37,004 nucleotides of DNA from an uncultured Dehalococcoidales bacterium (GCA_964534285.1 CAZHQV010000003.1:1-37004); one strand, 5' to 3'; counted from the stretch's first letter, positions 1 to 10,871 are shown. A program made the numbers and translations. Notes: generated by a model from the letters alone, not told the origin.

Positions 1-20
1 CAGACCGAACCACAAATGAA

Positions 21-3000
21 ATGGAATTCCAGGGAAATGTAGTCTCGTGGATTAATGCTGAGTTGGCTAGGCGACCAGCTCTCGGTTTGGAACTCGCAAC
101 CCAAGAACCAAGCAAGGTCACACGGAACAGAAACGACGTTGTCGTCTGGCGCAATCGGGCTAGCAATGACGCCTTCTTCACTTTCGAGCTTAAGACTCCT
201 GAGACGTCCATTTCTAACCAATCCTTCTTCGATGATGCCTGTCAAAAGGCTCAAAGATGGAACGCTCCTTTCTTTGCAGTCTGGAATATGCAGAATGCCG
301 AACTTTACCGCACGCCTCCGGCCACCCGCCTTGCCAATCCCCAGGACCGAATAAAGCAGTTCCCGACACTTACTACGGTTCGATCTGTCGCCGACTGGAT
401 AGACTCGAACATCAGGGAGCAATTACGACAACAAGCTCTTGGCCTCCTGGATGCCGCCTGGATCGAGGCCACACACCGGGGCTTCCAGTTCCCAATCGAT
501 GCTTCCGTCTTTGTTGATAGACTTACACGCCGGATATACGATCTTAGAGCGGAGATTCAACCAGCCCTGGCGAAACGCGCTTCTCGCAGTCGGAGTCTAC
601 GCACCCGCCTGAGGCAGATCGCCGCTGCTGAGGGTTTCCTTGGATTCGTTGACGACATCAACACTGCCATCGCTGGCCAGTTCTGCTACCGGCTTGTCGG
701 ACAGATACTTTTCTATTTCGCTCTAAAGCGAAAACAACCATCATTGGCTATACTTGAACCAGACAGGGCGCAGTCATTTCTAGAATCAGTCAGGCCATAT
801 TGGGATAGTGTTCGCCATTTCGATTATGAAGCCCTATTTGAACCTCAAGAATTGGACCAACTCGTTCCCTTAACCGACCATGCGCAACGGCAACTTTATG
901 AGCTTATTGAGGGGTTCAACAAGTACGATTGGAACATACTTGCAGACGATGTACTTGGTGCGATTTTCGAACAACTCATCCCAAGACGTGAGCAGGTTCT
1001 ACTTGGTCAATTCTACACACCAACAGCTGTAGCTGACCTACTATTAGGCCTGGCCATTGATGGAGAGTGCCCTAGGCTCCTTGATCCCGGTTGTGGCAGT
1101 GGCACGTTCTTGCTTCGTGGTTACCAATACTTGCGTAACACACAACGACTTAATCATTCCCAGCTTCTTCCAATGCTCTGGGGATTCGATATAAGCCCTT
1201 TCGCAACTGAGCTAGCAGTCATAAACTTGTACCGGCAAAATTTGACTGAATTCAATAACTTCCCGCGCATCTTATCCGGAGACTTCTTCCAGAGGTTCGT
1301 TGGCCAACAAGTTGACTTCCCTCCGGCCCGAGCTGGGCTTCAGGTGAAAGTGACATTGCCAATCCCACAATTTGACGCTATAGTGGCTAATCCCCCATAC
1401 CTTAGGTCTCAACAGCAAGATGACCTGGACCCCGAATACAAGAAACGCCTGTATGCTTTGGTCGCTAGAGAGCATGGAATAACCGTGCCAGCGAAGACTG
1501 ACCTCTTTGCTTTCTTCATATATCATTCGTATGATTTCCTACGTCCCCTTGGTCGGCTCGCCTTTGTAACTTCAGCCAGCTGGTTAACTGCTGATTATGG
1601 ATATCAACTCCAACGCTTTCTTCTCGAAAAGATGCGCCTTGTTGCAGTGTTTGCATCCGAGACCGAGTCGTTCTTCAGCCAGGTAGACCAAAACACCGTT
1701 CTTTTTGTGACCGAGAAACGTCAAGATAACCAAATTCCCAAGGAAGACGAGATTATCCGCTTTGTCACTCTCAAGAAACGACTTGATGAACTTCTACCCC
1801 TTGACCACACTCATTGGTCATCGCTACAACAGCTCGTGGCTCGCATTGATGGCGTAAACGATTATTACGAAGACAACTCAATGCGCATCCGATGTTTTCC
1901 AACAGATGCCGAGCTCGAGAACCTCAGGCAAACGATCCAGCCTCGTAACTGGTCGTTACCGTTGAGAGCGCCTAACGTATACTTTTCCCTTATCGCTGCC
2001 ACCAAGACCAGGCTTGTGCCAATGGAGAAGCTGGCCGACTGTCACTTAGGCTATAAATCACTGCAGAATCAATTCTTCTACCTTGACTCACAAACGATTG
2101 CTAAATATGGAATTGAGGCAGAATTCTTGAAGCCCGTTTATCAGTTGGGAGACCTTCAAGAGGATCGGTTTCTTCAGCAGTCCAAGGCGCGAGTTTTCCT
2201 GTTCCATTGTGACCGTCCCGAGACTGATCTTCGGGGTTCCGGCGCTTTTAAGTATATCCGAGACATGGAAAACAAACCCGCCACGGTAAAGAAACAAACT
2301 GGCCATATCACAACCATTTTAGAGGCTCTTGAGCAACAAGGTGGAACATATTGGTATGGGCCCAAAGCAATTCCACAGGAGGCTCATGTTTGGGTGAGAA
2401 AGGCCTTTGATAAGACCTACTCGCCGTTTCTCTTTGATCAACCACTGGTACTAGATCAGAGATGCAACTACCTTCTCCCTCATCAAGGAATCTCTTGGCA
2501 GGCGCTAGCATCAGTTCTGACTTCCTCCATCTTTGCTCTGTCTATTGAAGCTGCCGGATCCGCGAGCATGGGTGGTGGTGCACTCGAGATTCCAACCACA
2601 AAACTATCTAAAGTAATGGTTCCCGATATTCGTCAGTTCCCACGAAACAAACTAGACCGACTCACCGATTTGGCTAAGGCGGTCTGGGAACACGACATAC
2701 CCATAAACTGGAGAAATTCTGCGAACCAGCCGTCACCTTACCTTCGAGATCTGGATGAATTCCTTTTGAATGAGGTCGGAGCCGACATTTCTCCTGATGA
2801 TGTTTATGAAGGTGTCCGACATACTCTATCAGTACGCATGAAATTGGTCCAAGAAAAGGCTAGGAGCAAGAGACTTGCCGAATCAGCCGACATAGCTGCG
2901 GTTGCCAGGACTATCCTTTCGAATTTTAAGCAGTTGCTAGAGTCCACACGCTTCCCTGAATCATTCACTATACCAGACACCGAGACTATACCTATTGAAA

Positions 3001-3398
3001 TCGATCCTCAACTGAGTCTGGACGTCTCCGCTGAGCCCTTCCTTGAGGAATGCGAAATCAATATTACTTCTGCCGAGGGAGAAAAAATTCTTCATTTGAA
3101 CCTGGTGCGGACACTTGCAGATGTACTTGTTCGAGCTCTCTTAATGGGTCGACGACGCTTCTCCATCCCTTCTGACCCAGACATAGCAAGTCAGTTGATG
3201 CAGGAGTTTTGGGATTGGCTGCCCCCTTTGCTCAACAATGTCAAAGCGGACTGCGCGTCATCCTCACTCGGTACCAGATTCGAAGGCGAAATTGAAAAGG
3301 CCGCAATGACTATGCTTGGGTGGTCAGACAGACTCAGTGAACCTAACCCCTATGGACATTTTAGGCTGCCCCCAACAACAGGCGAGTTAGATGCATAG
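21..3398 (+). CDS. Type IIG-like restriction-modification fusion (nuclease + N6-adenine methyltransferase + TRD)
   Basis: 1125 aa. MTase motif I LLDPGCGSGTF, motif IV NPPY, GQFYTP, and an N-terminal D...ELK PD-(D/E)xK-like motif. The frame is open to the window edge, so the true start may lie upstream. Confidence 0.85.
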   Translation: MEFQGNVVSWINAELARRPALGLELATQEPSKVTRNRNDVVVWRNRASNDAFFTFELKTPETSISNQSFFDDACQKAQRWNAPFFAVWNMQNAELYRTPPATRLANPQDRIKQFPTLTTVRSVADWIDSNIREQLRQQALGLLDAAWIEATHRGFQFPIDASVFVDRLTRRIYDLRAEIQPALAKRASRSRSLRTRLRQIAAAEGFLGFVDDINTAIAGQFCYRLVGQILFYFALKRKQPSLAILEPDRAQSFLESVRPYWDSVRHFDYEALFEPQELDQLVPLTDHAQRQLYELIEGFNKYDWNILADDVLGAIFEQLIPRREQVLLGQFYTPTAVADLLLGLAIDGECPRLLDPGCGSGTFLLRGYQYLRNTQRLNHSQLLPMLWGFDISPFATELAVINLYRQNLTEFNNFPRILSGDFFQRFVGQQVDFPPARAGLQVKVTLPIPQFDAIVANPPYLRSQQQDDLDPEYKKRLYALVAREHGITVPAKTDLFAFFIYHSYDFLRPLGRLAFVTSASWLTADYGYQLQRFLLEKMRLVAVFASETESFFSQVDQNTVLFVTEKRQDNQIPKEDEIIRFVTLKKRLDELLPLDHTHWSSLQQLVARIDGVNDYYEDNSMRIRCFPTDAELENLRQTIQPRNWSLPLRAPNVYFSLIAATKTRLVPMEKLADCHLGYKSLQNQFFYLDSQTIAKYGIEAEFLKPVYQLGDLQEDRFLQQSKARVFLFHCDRPETDLRGSGAFKYIRDMENKPATVKKQTGHITTILEALEQQGGTYWYGPKAIPQEAHVWVRKAFDKTYSPFLFDQPLVLDQRCNYLLPHQGISWQALASVLTSSIFALSIEAAGSASMGGGALEIPTTKLSKVMVPDIRQFPRNKLDRLTDLAKAVWEHDIPINWRNSANQPSPYLRDLDEFLLNEVGADISPDDVYEGVRHTLSVRMKLVQEKARSKRLAESADIAAVARTILSNFKQLLESTRFPESFTIPDTETIPIEIDPQLSLDVSAEPFLEECEINITSAEGEKILHLNLVRTLADVLVRALLMGRRRFSIPSDPDIASQLMQEFWDWLPPLLNNVKADCASSSLGTRFEGEIEKAAMTMLGWSDRLSEPNPYGHFRLPPTTGELDA

Positions 3399-4154
3399 TT
3401 AGTTGACCAATGAGCAGGAAGGCCACCATCGCCTGATTATTCCGTACCTCTCCTAAGCTTTCCTTAGTCGACTCTGACGGCGCCATAGTTAGCCGTTATT
3501 GTATGCGACGAACAGTTTCGGCTTCGAACACATATCAATGAAAGCTTGTTTAGTTGCCTGCGGAGAATAAAATAGAAGGGCTCGGGGAATTCCCCGGTCC
3601 TTTCTCTGATGAATACCGGCCTCAGAACTCAAACAACGCTGGATGCTCCAAGAGAAATATTTTATCCTCAGTTGGCCGCTCTATGCCTTCGTATGAGGTT
3701 ACCCGGGAGCCTGCCATTATGGGCCACTTATTCTCACTCTGGAGTGTTCCGCTGGCTGGTATAGAGTTACAAAACGATGAGTCCTGACGGTGTCGCTTCT
3801 TCTCGTGTTCCGAAACCTTTAGCTTCGTTGAGGAACTCCTAGAAGGGTACAGCTACTACGCAAAGTCACCTATCTTTCAAGGCTCGTAAGTGCCATGATA
3901 CTCGGCCTCAGTGTAACAAATCTCGGTTTTGTTAACCATCGCCATACTCAGGGCAGAGCAAGTAGTCCGTTCATATGAGAATGGCGTTATTCTTACTGGC
4001 ACGGCCAACCTGGATAATCTCACCCTGGATAACACGCAGACTACTACTAAGATAACTCGGATGCCATAGTGACGGCCGATGGAAGTTCAAGTCCTACCTG
4101 AAGCGATTTCATCTTTTCGGCACCTGATGGATACCGAATCGTCCAAATTCTGGG

Positions 4155-4183
4155 TTGACACTGGCCACAATTGAGATTAACAT
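4155..4183 (+). promoter_or_regulatory. sigma70-type promoter
   Basis: TTGACA-17 nt-TAACAT, about 50 bp upstream of the 4234 gene. Confidence 0.55.
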
Positions 4184-4233
4184 CTCTCCGTGGCTAGTGA
4201 CCTCGAATACAGGAAGCAGAAAGGAGAAGAACG

Positions 4234-4560
4234 GTGAAATTCTTGACAATTAGTACCTTCAAGGACACACTATCTACACTTCCACTTGCTACGACAATGC
4301 AGATGATGCAAGGGATGCAGGCCTGGATGAAGCAGCAAAAAGAGTCGGGCAAAATTTTGGAAGCTTATGTGATTCCTGGTTGGAAACGAGGTGTAGTTAT
4401 CGGAGAATTTGGCTCTGCCGAGGAAATAACTCAGATGCTTCCTCAAATGCCTGGCTTTGGGTTCATGGATTTCGAGATGTACCCTCTGGCTGACTTTGAC
4501 GAAGGCGTTAACGACTTTGTCGAAGGCCTTAAGAAGGCTCAGCAATCAGTTCCTAAGTAA
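4234..4560 (+). CDS. muconolactone isomerase/DUF3303-like dimeric alpha-beta barrel protein
   Basis: RBS AAAGGAG. Pattern GKILEAY...S.EE...L...P...F...PL, similar to 15168..15488. Confidence 0.6.
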   Translation: MKFLTISTFKDTLSTLPLATTMQMMQGMQAWMKQQKESGKILEAYVIPGWKRGVVIGEFGSAEEITQMLPQMPGFGFMDFEMYPLADFDEGVNDFVEGLKKAQQSVPK

Positions 4561-4857
4561 ATCCAGATCTTCACCTAAGCGGTGAGGCAATTCTTCATGC
4601 CACCCCCGATATTCAGGGCGACTTCATGCCTCATTAATAGGGTTGTTCCCAGGGAGTACGAAGAGGCCCGTTAACAAACACTCATAAGGTTAAGTGACCT
4701 GTCTACCCTCTACTCACACCCCCCCACCATTCTAAACGATGCCAACTACATTACTGACTCAGAGGCTCATTGCTTGTCTAAGGGTATTGTTGCCACTTTG
4801 CCTCTTGTGTTGTACGCCGAGTATAATGGCTATGATTCGTTACTATTACAATTGGCG

Positions 4858-5841
4858 ATGAGGCGAATCACCGTGAGACTGCCCCGACTAGACGTAAATT
4901 TCTACAAGGTTGTCATTGGTGTCGGGTTTTCCTTGCTTTGGGCCCGGGTCATGTATCTGGTCTGGCAACAACCAACCTTTATAACCTTCGTGTGGTTCTA
5001 TCTTTTGATAGGAAGCGTAATACTAAAGTGGGTAATCTTCAAGATAGTTGACCGGGTCCATCTGAAGATAAGGATTAAGGCAGTGACTGGAGAGCTCGAC
5101 GAAGCCAGTACGCGAGTTCATGAAGCGACTAAGGGTGAGTTCAAATCAGATGGGCGGCAAGTGAACATCAATACCGTGGCCGATGTTGGCCTTAGAGAGA
5201 GGTTTAGCCAGCTTGAACAGGAGGTATTGTCCTTCGGGAATATGGTGGAGATAGCCCTCAAAAGCTCTGTGGAAAGCCTACAGAGAAGGGATGCTGACCT
5301 TGCCACTCAGGTCGTAAAGCATGACCAGGAGTTGGATCGCAAGGAATTTGCCATCCGGGAAGACTGCATGAGGCTTCTTGCTGCTGGTTACTCTTGGGGT
5401 AGTGACCTCTCCATGATAGTCGCTGTACTGGGAATTATTACGGAACTGGAGCGAATGGGCGACTATGCCGAGGGTATAGCCAACATCACATTGCTGATAG
5501 GCAATCAGCCACCCTTGAAGCCGCCTACAGACATTCCCCAAATGGCACAGAGAGGAACGGAGATGCTGCGAGGGAGTCTAGAGTCACTATCCGAGAGAGA
5601 CGTGGAAAAGGCGAAACGCATCTCTCAGATTGATGATGAGGTAGACGCCCTCTATGACCAAGTATTTCGCGAGCTTCTCTTGTTCATGGTCGAGGATACC
5701 AAGAACATCACGCGAGCTACTCGACTGATATGGGTAGCACACAACCTGGAACGCTTTGCCGATAGGGTAACAAATATCTGTGAATATGTTGCGTTTGGTA
5801 TAACCGGGGAAAAGATCGACATAGGCGCATCAAAATATTGA
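4858..5841 (+). CDS. phoU: PhoU-family protein with N-terminal two-TM extension
   Basis: Two PhoU repeats (ELERMGDYA, NLERFADRVTNICE) and a hydrophobic N-terminus. Start moved to ATG 4858 (or GTG 4873) because TTGCCT-18-TATAAT lies at 4798-4827. Confidence 0.85.
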   Translation: MRRITVRLPRLDVNFYKVVIGVGFSLLWARVMYLVWQQPTFITFVWFYLLIGSVILKWVIFKIVDRVHLKIRIKAVTGELDEASTRVHEATKGEFKSDGRQVNINTVADVGLRERFSQLEQEVLSFGNMVEIALKSSVESLQRRDADLATQVVKHDQELDRKEFAIREDCMRLLAAGYSWGSDLSMIVAVLGIITELERMGDYAEGIANITLLIGNQPPLKPPTDIPQMAQRGTEMLRGSLESLSERDVEKAKRISQIDDEVDALYDQVFRELLLFMVEDTKNITRATRLIWVAHNLERFADRVTNICEYVAFGITGEKIDIGASKY

Positions 5842-6412
5842 TGCAGCCCACTTCAATCATACAGAAACGGTGCCGCCAAGTTGTGTCCCCTTGCGGTAGC
5901 ATGGCATTCTCTCTTAGAAAACATTGCCTGTGTTTAACAATTGGGCGAAATGTGGAATCAGGCCGTTGGTGGCGGATATTGTTGTGCGGTTTGATTCTTC
6001 TCATGCGGTTGCTTGGCGGCAGTTCATGGACTCTTGTTCGAGAAGAAGGGAGTGCCATCCTGAGCCCTTGAGGTTCTCCTGCACCTCAAGCTAGCCTAGT
6101 CGTGTTGATAAGCCCGTTGTCATCGCGACACCCCCACCGACGCTTCTGACTGTCGCACTTTCTTCGAGAGGAGCATCAGTCGCTTTGCACCGTGTCGGGA
6201 ATTGTTCCAGTAAAGCCACAGTTATCTCGTGGTGCTGCAGGCATGTCTCCCTTTCGACTCTCCATCCGTAGAAACCTGGGCAGCGGCCGTTACTAGCTTT
6301 CGTAGGCAACAGTATGACTCTCGACCACTTCAGGAAGTAGCCCAACTCTCCGTCCAGCGAGTTAAGGGTATATTATTAATGTGGTCCTAGTGTCCAGAGA
6401 TATTCGGCTACT

Positions 6413-7807
6413 TCACTCGAGGTAGTCCTTCAACTCGCAACTGCGGCTGGAATGGCGCAACCCGGACAGCGCGGCTTGCTCTATTTGACGTATTCGCTCT
6501 CTCGTCAGTCCCAGTGCCGTGCCGACTTCATCCAGCGTCCAGCTGCGTCCATTGCTCAGCCCGAACCTGAGTTCGATGACATCGCGCTGCCGCTTGGGCA
6601 ATGAGCCCAATACCTCTCTCAATTGCTCTCTAAGCAAGTCTTGAGTGGCCCGTTCCTCAGGTGATGGTATGCCTTCGTCGGCGATTAAATCGGCAATCCT
6701 TGTTTCCCCTTCCTCCCCCACGGGCATCTCGAGAGAGATAGGCTCTCTAGAGCCCGCCCTAACTATCTTCTCCACCTTCTCACTAGGGACGCTGAGCTCT
6801 TCGGCTAACTCTTCCCTTGTTGGTAGACGCCCATACTCCTGTGACAACCGCTCTGTCGCTTTCTGCAGCCGAGTCAAGCTCTCCACCATGTGCGCTGGTA
6901 AGCGTACGGTTCGCGACTGGTCAGCGATGGCTCGGGAAATTGCCTGACGGATCCACCAAACGGCGTAGGTACTGAACTTGTACCCCTTACGGTGATCAAA
7001 CTTCTCCACCGCACGAATTAAGCCGATATTGCCTTCTTGGATGAGATCAAGTAAGGGCATGCCCTTTGCCGTTTTTTTCCTCGCTGTTGCTATCACCAGA
7101 CGCAAGTTTGCCCGAACCAGCTGGCCTGTCGACTCTTGCGCCTCTTCCCTTATTCGCTCAAAGTGCCGAGATAAATCGGAATGCTGCTCGTGAAAGCACT
7201 CGCGGGATTGAGGTGAGGTGAGAATCCTCCCGAACTCAGCCACTGTATTCTTGTGTCCCGCTTCGCCTACCAGGTCCCAGGGTGTGAGCCGACTACTGAC
7301 CGACAGATTGACCAGCTGCCGTCTAACTTTGGCTGGGCTTAACCCGGTAACCTGAGTCATAGCACTAACCAGCTCCGGCTGAATTTGCCCGTCGATGGCT
7401 TGACGTAGAACTGGGTTCTGAAGCCTCTCCCGTACGGATGCTGTAGCCGCAAAGCCCACGTACTGGCAAAGCGCCTCGAAGAGTTCATGCAGCTTGCCTA
7501 AGTTCTTGCCCAAGGCGGATAGCAGATCTGCCGCCGAAGGCGGACCACCATGTCTGCTCATCCAGTGCTGCTCGAGTCGTGACACAAATTTGCCGTCTTC
7601 TATCTTTCTGCTAAGCAGTGCTTCTTCCTTAGCATCCAGCAATGGAAATTGCTTGGATTCCAAGACGTACGCCTGGAGAGCATCTTCCCCAGCCCCAACT
7701 TCTGCGGGCAAAGAAGAGTCATGTGCTTCCAGTGTCCTCTCTTCAGGCGCTTTTTCATCGCCGCCCTCTTCATCCCGAACGGGATGTGGTTGTACATCTC
7801 CGGACAT
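6413..7807 (-). CDS. RpoD/RpoS-like sigma-70 factor (no region 1.1)
   Basis: Region 1.2 DALQAY..., region 2 NLRLV...[10 protein letters not shown]...[14 protein letters not shown], region 4 TLDEVG...[19 protein letters not shown] precedes ATG 7807. Confidence 0.92.
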   Translation of the reverse strand: MSGDVQPHPVRDEEGGDEKAPEERTLEAHDSSLPAEVGAGEDALQAYVLESKQFPLLDAKEEALLSRKIEDGKFVSRLEQHWMSRHGGPPSAADLLSALGKNLGKLHELFEALCQYVGFAATASVRERLQNPVLRQAIDGQIQPELVSAMTQVTGLSPAKVRRQLVNLSVSSRLTPWDLVGEAGHKNTVAEFGRILTSPQSRECFHEQHSDLSRHFERIREEAQESTGQLVRANLRLVIATARKKTAKGMPLLDLIQEGNIGLIRAVEKFDHRKGYKFSTYAVWWIRQAISRAIADQSRTVRLPAHMVESLTRLQKATERLSQEYGRLPTREELAEELSVPSEKVEKIVRAGSREPISLEMPVGEEGETRIADLIADEGIPSPEERATQDLLREQLREVLGSLPKRQRDVIELRFGLSNGRSWTLDEVGTALGLTRERIRQIEQAALSGLRHSSRSCELKDYLE

Positions 7808-8483
7808 AGCTTTAGTCTCACCTCCGTTTGGTAGCAGCATGACTACTTACCTGTTGGGTTGGCTGACAATTTATTGTGGCTTCGCATTTCTCAGCTTTCG
7901 ATCGTTTTTCATTTTGGTAACGACCGAATTCGCCATAAAGAATGCCTAAACGCAGTATACCGCAGCAGTGGATCAGCCTCAATGGCTGTTGGAATGAGAA
8001 TAATGTAACCAATGGCATAATCGTTTCGTAAGGATTCTTAGCTTCGTGGAGGACCTCAGCTCTTTTGGAACACTGGAAAGTGGTGCAGAAACCAGAATAC
8101 GCGGCGCGAGGTGCTACCCTGTAGCAATTCAGGCCCACCCTCGGCAGCTTCATTACTAGTGCGTCTCATCAGCTTGTTATGCTACGCGCAAGGCAAATTG
8201 CCACTATGCTAGCTCAGCGATGAGACTGGCGAAAGGGAGAGAAACTCCGATAACGATGAGTGGGGACAGGCGTGATTCTGTTTAAGAGTCCGCCAAAAGG
8301 AGCCTTAAGACTGTCCTAGACAGACATTGGTGTTGGCCCGAGGGCTCCAGCGTCTACCTACCCTAGCAGCCACGATTTCTACCCTCGCGGGAACGGGCAT
8401 ATCGTGAGAGGCAAGCGCTACACCCGGGTACAATTGTGTATACATGATATCATGCCTAGTTGTGGACGCTGCACGCAAGGACT

Positions 8484-8512
8484 TTGACGTCTCGACGTCA
8501 CGGTGTTAGAGT
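8484..8512 (+). promoter_or_regulatory. promoter overlapped by a palindromic operator
   Basis: TTGACG-17-TAGAGT, with a perfect inverted repeat TGACGTC-TC-GACGTCA at 8485-8500. Confidence 0.5.
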
Positions 8513-8554
8513 GATAATCGTGTTAGACAAGTGTCGAAATAAGCGGTCTCCCCG

Positions 8555-9223
8555 ATGCGAGGGTGGCGCATGATGCACGAGTTAAAGGTGCTCTTGGCAG
8601 ACGACAAAGAGATATTCCGCGAAGGGCTGGCTAGGCTATTAGAGGAACAGGAGCACATTGAGGTTGTATCTCAATGCTATAACGGTAAGCAAGCTGTCGA
8701 GAAAGTCAAGGAGATAGAGCCCGATGTTGTCCTGATTGGTAGTAACATCTCGCAGTGTAGCAGCACTGAAGCCGCACGCCAGATAACGCAATCAGTTCCA
8801 GGGGTTAAGGTAGCCATGCTCACCGATTCTGAGAGTGAACAAGAACTTCTCTCGGCCGTAGAGTCAGGCGCTACGGGATATCTGTTGAAAGATATGAATG
8901 TCGATGACCTCGTTAAGTCTATTGACTTGATTGGTAAAGGCGAGATTGTCCTATATTCGCGCCTTGCCGAGAAGCTTGTTGGCAAATTCACCTCCTTGAG
9001 GCGAAGGGAGGTTGAGGGGCAAGCCAGTCTCACGGAGAGAGAGGTAGAAATTGCAAGGCTTTTGGCTGCAGGGGCTTCCAACAAAGAGATAGCTGAGGCA
9101 CTGTTTATTAGTGAGAATACCTGCAAGGTTCATGTTAAGAACATTCTGGAGAAGTTAGGACTACGTAATCGGCAACAGATAGCGGCCTACGCGGTACAGG
9201 AAGGGCTAGTGACCGAAATATAG
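8555..9223 (+). CDS. NarL/LuxR-family response regulator, atypical receiver
   Basis: REC domain plus LuxR HTH (LTERE...GASNKEIA...ISENT.K.HV). The phospho-Asp position reads DVVLIG. Start may be one of the ATGs at 8570-8573. Confidence 0.92.
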   Translation: MRGWRMMHELKVLLADDKEIFREGLARLLEEQEHIEVVSQCYNGKQAVEKVKEIEPDVVLIGSNISQCSSTEAARQITQSVPGVKVAMLTDSESEQELLSAVESGATGYLLKDMNVDDLVKSIDLIGKGEIVLYSRLAEKLVGKFTSLRRREVEGQASLTEREVEIARLLAAGASNKEIAEALFISENTCKVHVKNILEKLGLRNRQQIAAYAVQEGLVTEI

Positions 9224-9278
9224 GATACGAAAGAGAAGGCAGGCTAGGTTCGTAGGTCAATAAGCGAACACATCTCCG

Positions 9279-9306
9279 AAAGGGTTATCGCAGGATAACC
9301 CTTTTT
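9279..9306 (+). terminator. intrinsic terminator-like hairpin (possibly also an operator)
   Basis: AAAGGGTTATC-gcag-GATAACCCTTT followed by TT, downstream of the regulator gene. Confidence 0.6.
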
Positions 9307-9467
9307 GTACGCCAAAATAACCCGAATGCAATATGGACACGTAGTTCAGGGCTGGATACAATCGCTATCGAGTGTATGGAACCGAATCTGTGTGAGCCAC
9401 GCAAGGACGCGTTCTGCAGCGGTCAGGATTCCCATCCACCCAAATGACCCATATTTGGAGGTCACAA

Positions 9468-9752
9468 ATGTCGGGGGACATAGTGTTCAAAGAGGTAACA
9501 CTTGATGACCGAGATAGAAGACACACGTGGAAGCGGCAGGATGCAGTAGTCGTCATCCGTAACGGGCGTCAAGTAGCATTACTTCCGGAAGCTGACAGGC
9601 TTAGACGGGTTCTGAAGTTGCCACTCAAGGAGATTGAGGATACGTTTGACAATTTCTCGACCATAATGGGTCGGGAACCAACTAATGATGAGACGGAGTT
9701 TTGGAAGGCCGTCCTTGACTTCAAGCGTGGCCAAAAAAGTTCATGCAACTAA
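9468..9752 (+). CDS. hypothetical protein
   Basis: RBS GGAGG before ATG 9468; 94 aa, protein-like composition. Confidence 0.65.
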   Translation: MSGDIVFKEVTLDDRDRRHTWKRQDAVVVIRNGRQVALLPEADRLRRVLKLPLKEIEDTFDNFSTIMGREPTNDETEFWKAVLDFKRGQKSSCN

Positions 9753-9797
9753 GGAAGGAGCAAGAGACTCCAGTAAGAATGATGATTCAGAAGGAGG

Positions 9798-10115
9798 ATG
9801 TGCAGTTTGGTCAACGTGAGTAACAGAGCAGCAATGCGACTACGAGACGAACTCACACACAAGTGTTTTAGGGCTGGCATAGGATTCAGGATGGTTGTTG
9901 ATACCACTGAGTCTGGCAAGACAACCTGCAGTATTAAGGTCGACAGACAGCGCCGCGGAGACGAAGTGATGGAGCTAAACGGTGTCAAAGTATTCTTGGG
10001 TCCAAGTAGTGCGGCTCGACTCAGCAACTACCGGCTTGATTATCAAGATGAGCCTAATAGTGGGTTTTTCCTTAGGACAATGCAGGGAAGCCAAGGGCGG
10101 GTAGAGTTGGCGTGA
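9798..10115 (+). CDS. HesB/IscA-like protein lacking the Fe-S Cys motifs
   Basis: V.VS..A...L, D....GDEV.E.NGVKVF, LDY...GF; no CGCG motif. Confidence 0.65.
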   Translation: MCSLVNVSNRAAMRLRDELTHKCFRAGIGFRMVVDTTESGKTTCSIKVDRQRRGDEVMELNGVKVFLGPSSAARLSNYRLDYQDEPNSGFFLRTMQGSQGRVELA

Positions 10116-10165
10116 TTGGGCTATGTCACAGGGCTAAGGGAGGGTGGGGCTCCGGTAGGAGAGCA

Positions 10166-10400
10166 ATGACGGAGCGTGCCAAGGAGGAGCCATCCCTCAA
10201 CGGCTACCCCACTCGCAATCCGACACACGTCCAATCACGGCTATCTGAAACTCCTCCTTGGCACGCCAAGATGCTGTATTCATATTGGCCCTAGACTCCG
10301 ACTTACTACGTGATCACGTCGTGGAGTATCAGGGTTTCAGGTTGCTTCTCTTAGGGGTTGGGGCACACAGGACCACGACGAGAGAACAGTACACTGTGCC
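10166..10400 (+). pseudogene. frameshifted HesB-like remnant
   Basis: MTERAKEE in one frame and LALDSD...DHVVEYQGFRLLL in another, both matching 10467..10748. Right end approximate. Confidence 0.5.
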
Positions 10401-10466
10401 TATGGTAGGGGGATACCTGTTTTCTTCGCACGGTAGGCTAGTCATTCAGAAAAAAGGAGGTCAGAA

Positions 10467-10748
10467 ATGGTGACAGTAACTGAAGGAGCGAAGCAGCTGT
10501 TGAAGGAGAAGCTGCTGGCCCATAGGAGCGAGCCTGACGTTTGTATGAGGCTTGAATCAGAGCCATCGGGACAGCTTGTTTTGGTACTCGACAGAGAATC
10601 GGAGGACGATCAGGTTGTAGAGCACGATGAGATGAAGGTGCTGCTTGTAGCACCAGAAGTGGCCACGAAGCTGGAGGGGGTTACAATTGACACTGAAGAC
10701 ACAAGTGAAGGCCCCAGGTTGGTGCTATCTAAGGAGCAGGCGGAATAA
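10467..10748 (+). CDS. HesB/IscA-like protein lacking the Fe-S Cys motifs
   Basis: RBS AAAGGAGG; MVTVTEGAK...LVLD...DDQVVEH...VLLV...LEG.TID. Confidence 0.75.
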   Translation: MVTVTEGAKQLLKEKLLAHRSEPDVCMRLESEPSGQLVLVLDRESEDDQVVEHDEMKVLLVAPEVATKLEGVTIDTEDTSEGPRLVLSKEQAE

Positions 10749-10775
10749 CAAACCGATTGCGTTGAACGGCATGAA

Positions 10776-10871
10776 ATGGGGAAGAAGGGAAGCAAGAAAA
10801 CAGCTAAGAAGGCTCATAAACAGAGTTCGGCTTACCTTAGGAAAGGCCCGAAGAAGGTGAAGGGCAGATAG
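10776..10871 (+). CDS. candidate small basic peptide (31 aa)
   Basis: MGKKGSKKTAKKAHKQSSAYLRKGPKKVKGR, translated by hand; no clear RBS. Confidence 0.3.
   Translation: MGKKGSKKTAKKAHKQSSAYLRKGPKKVKGR

Noticed and set aside
3400-4000. ORF 3554..3787 and possible minus-strand gene remnant
   Set aside because: No recognisable motif or RBS; cannot be assigned without a search.
4085-4095. GTTCAAGTCCT as the att duplicate of tRNA-Val
   Set aside because: Only 11 bp, inverted relative to the tRNA, and it does not extend to the 3' end.
4671-4695. Pho box upstream of phoU
   Set aside because: Only one good TTAACA half-site; no convincing 11-bp repeat.
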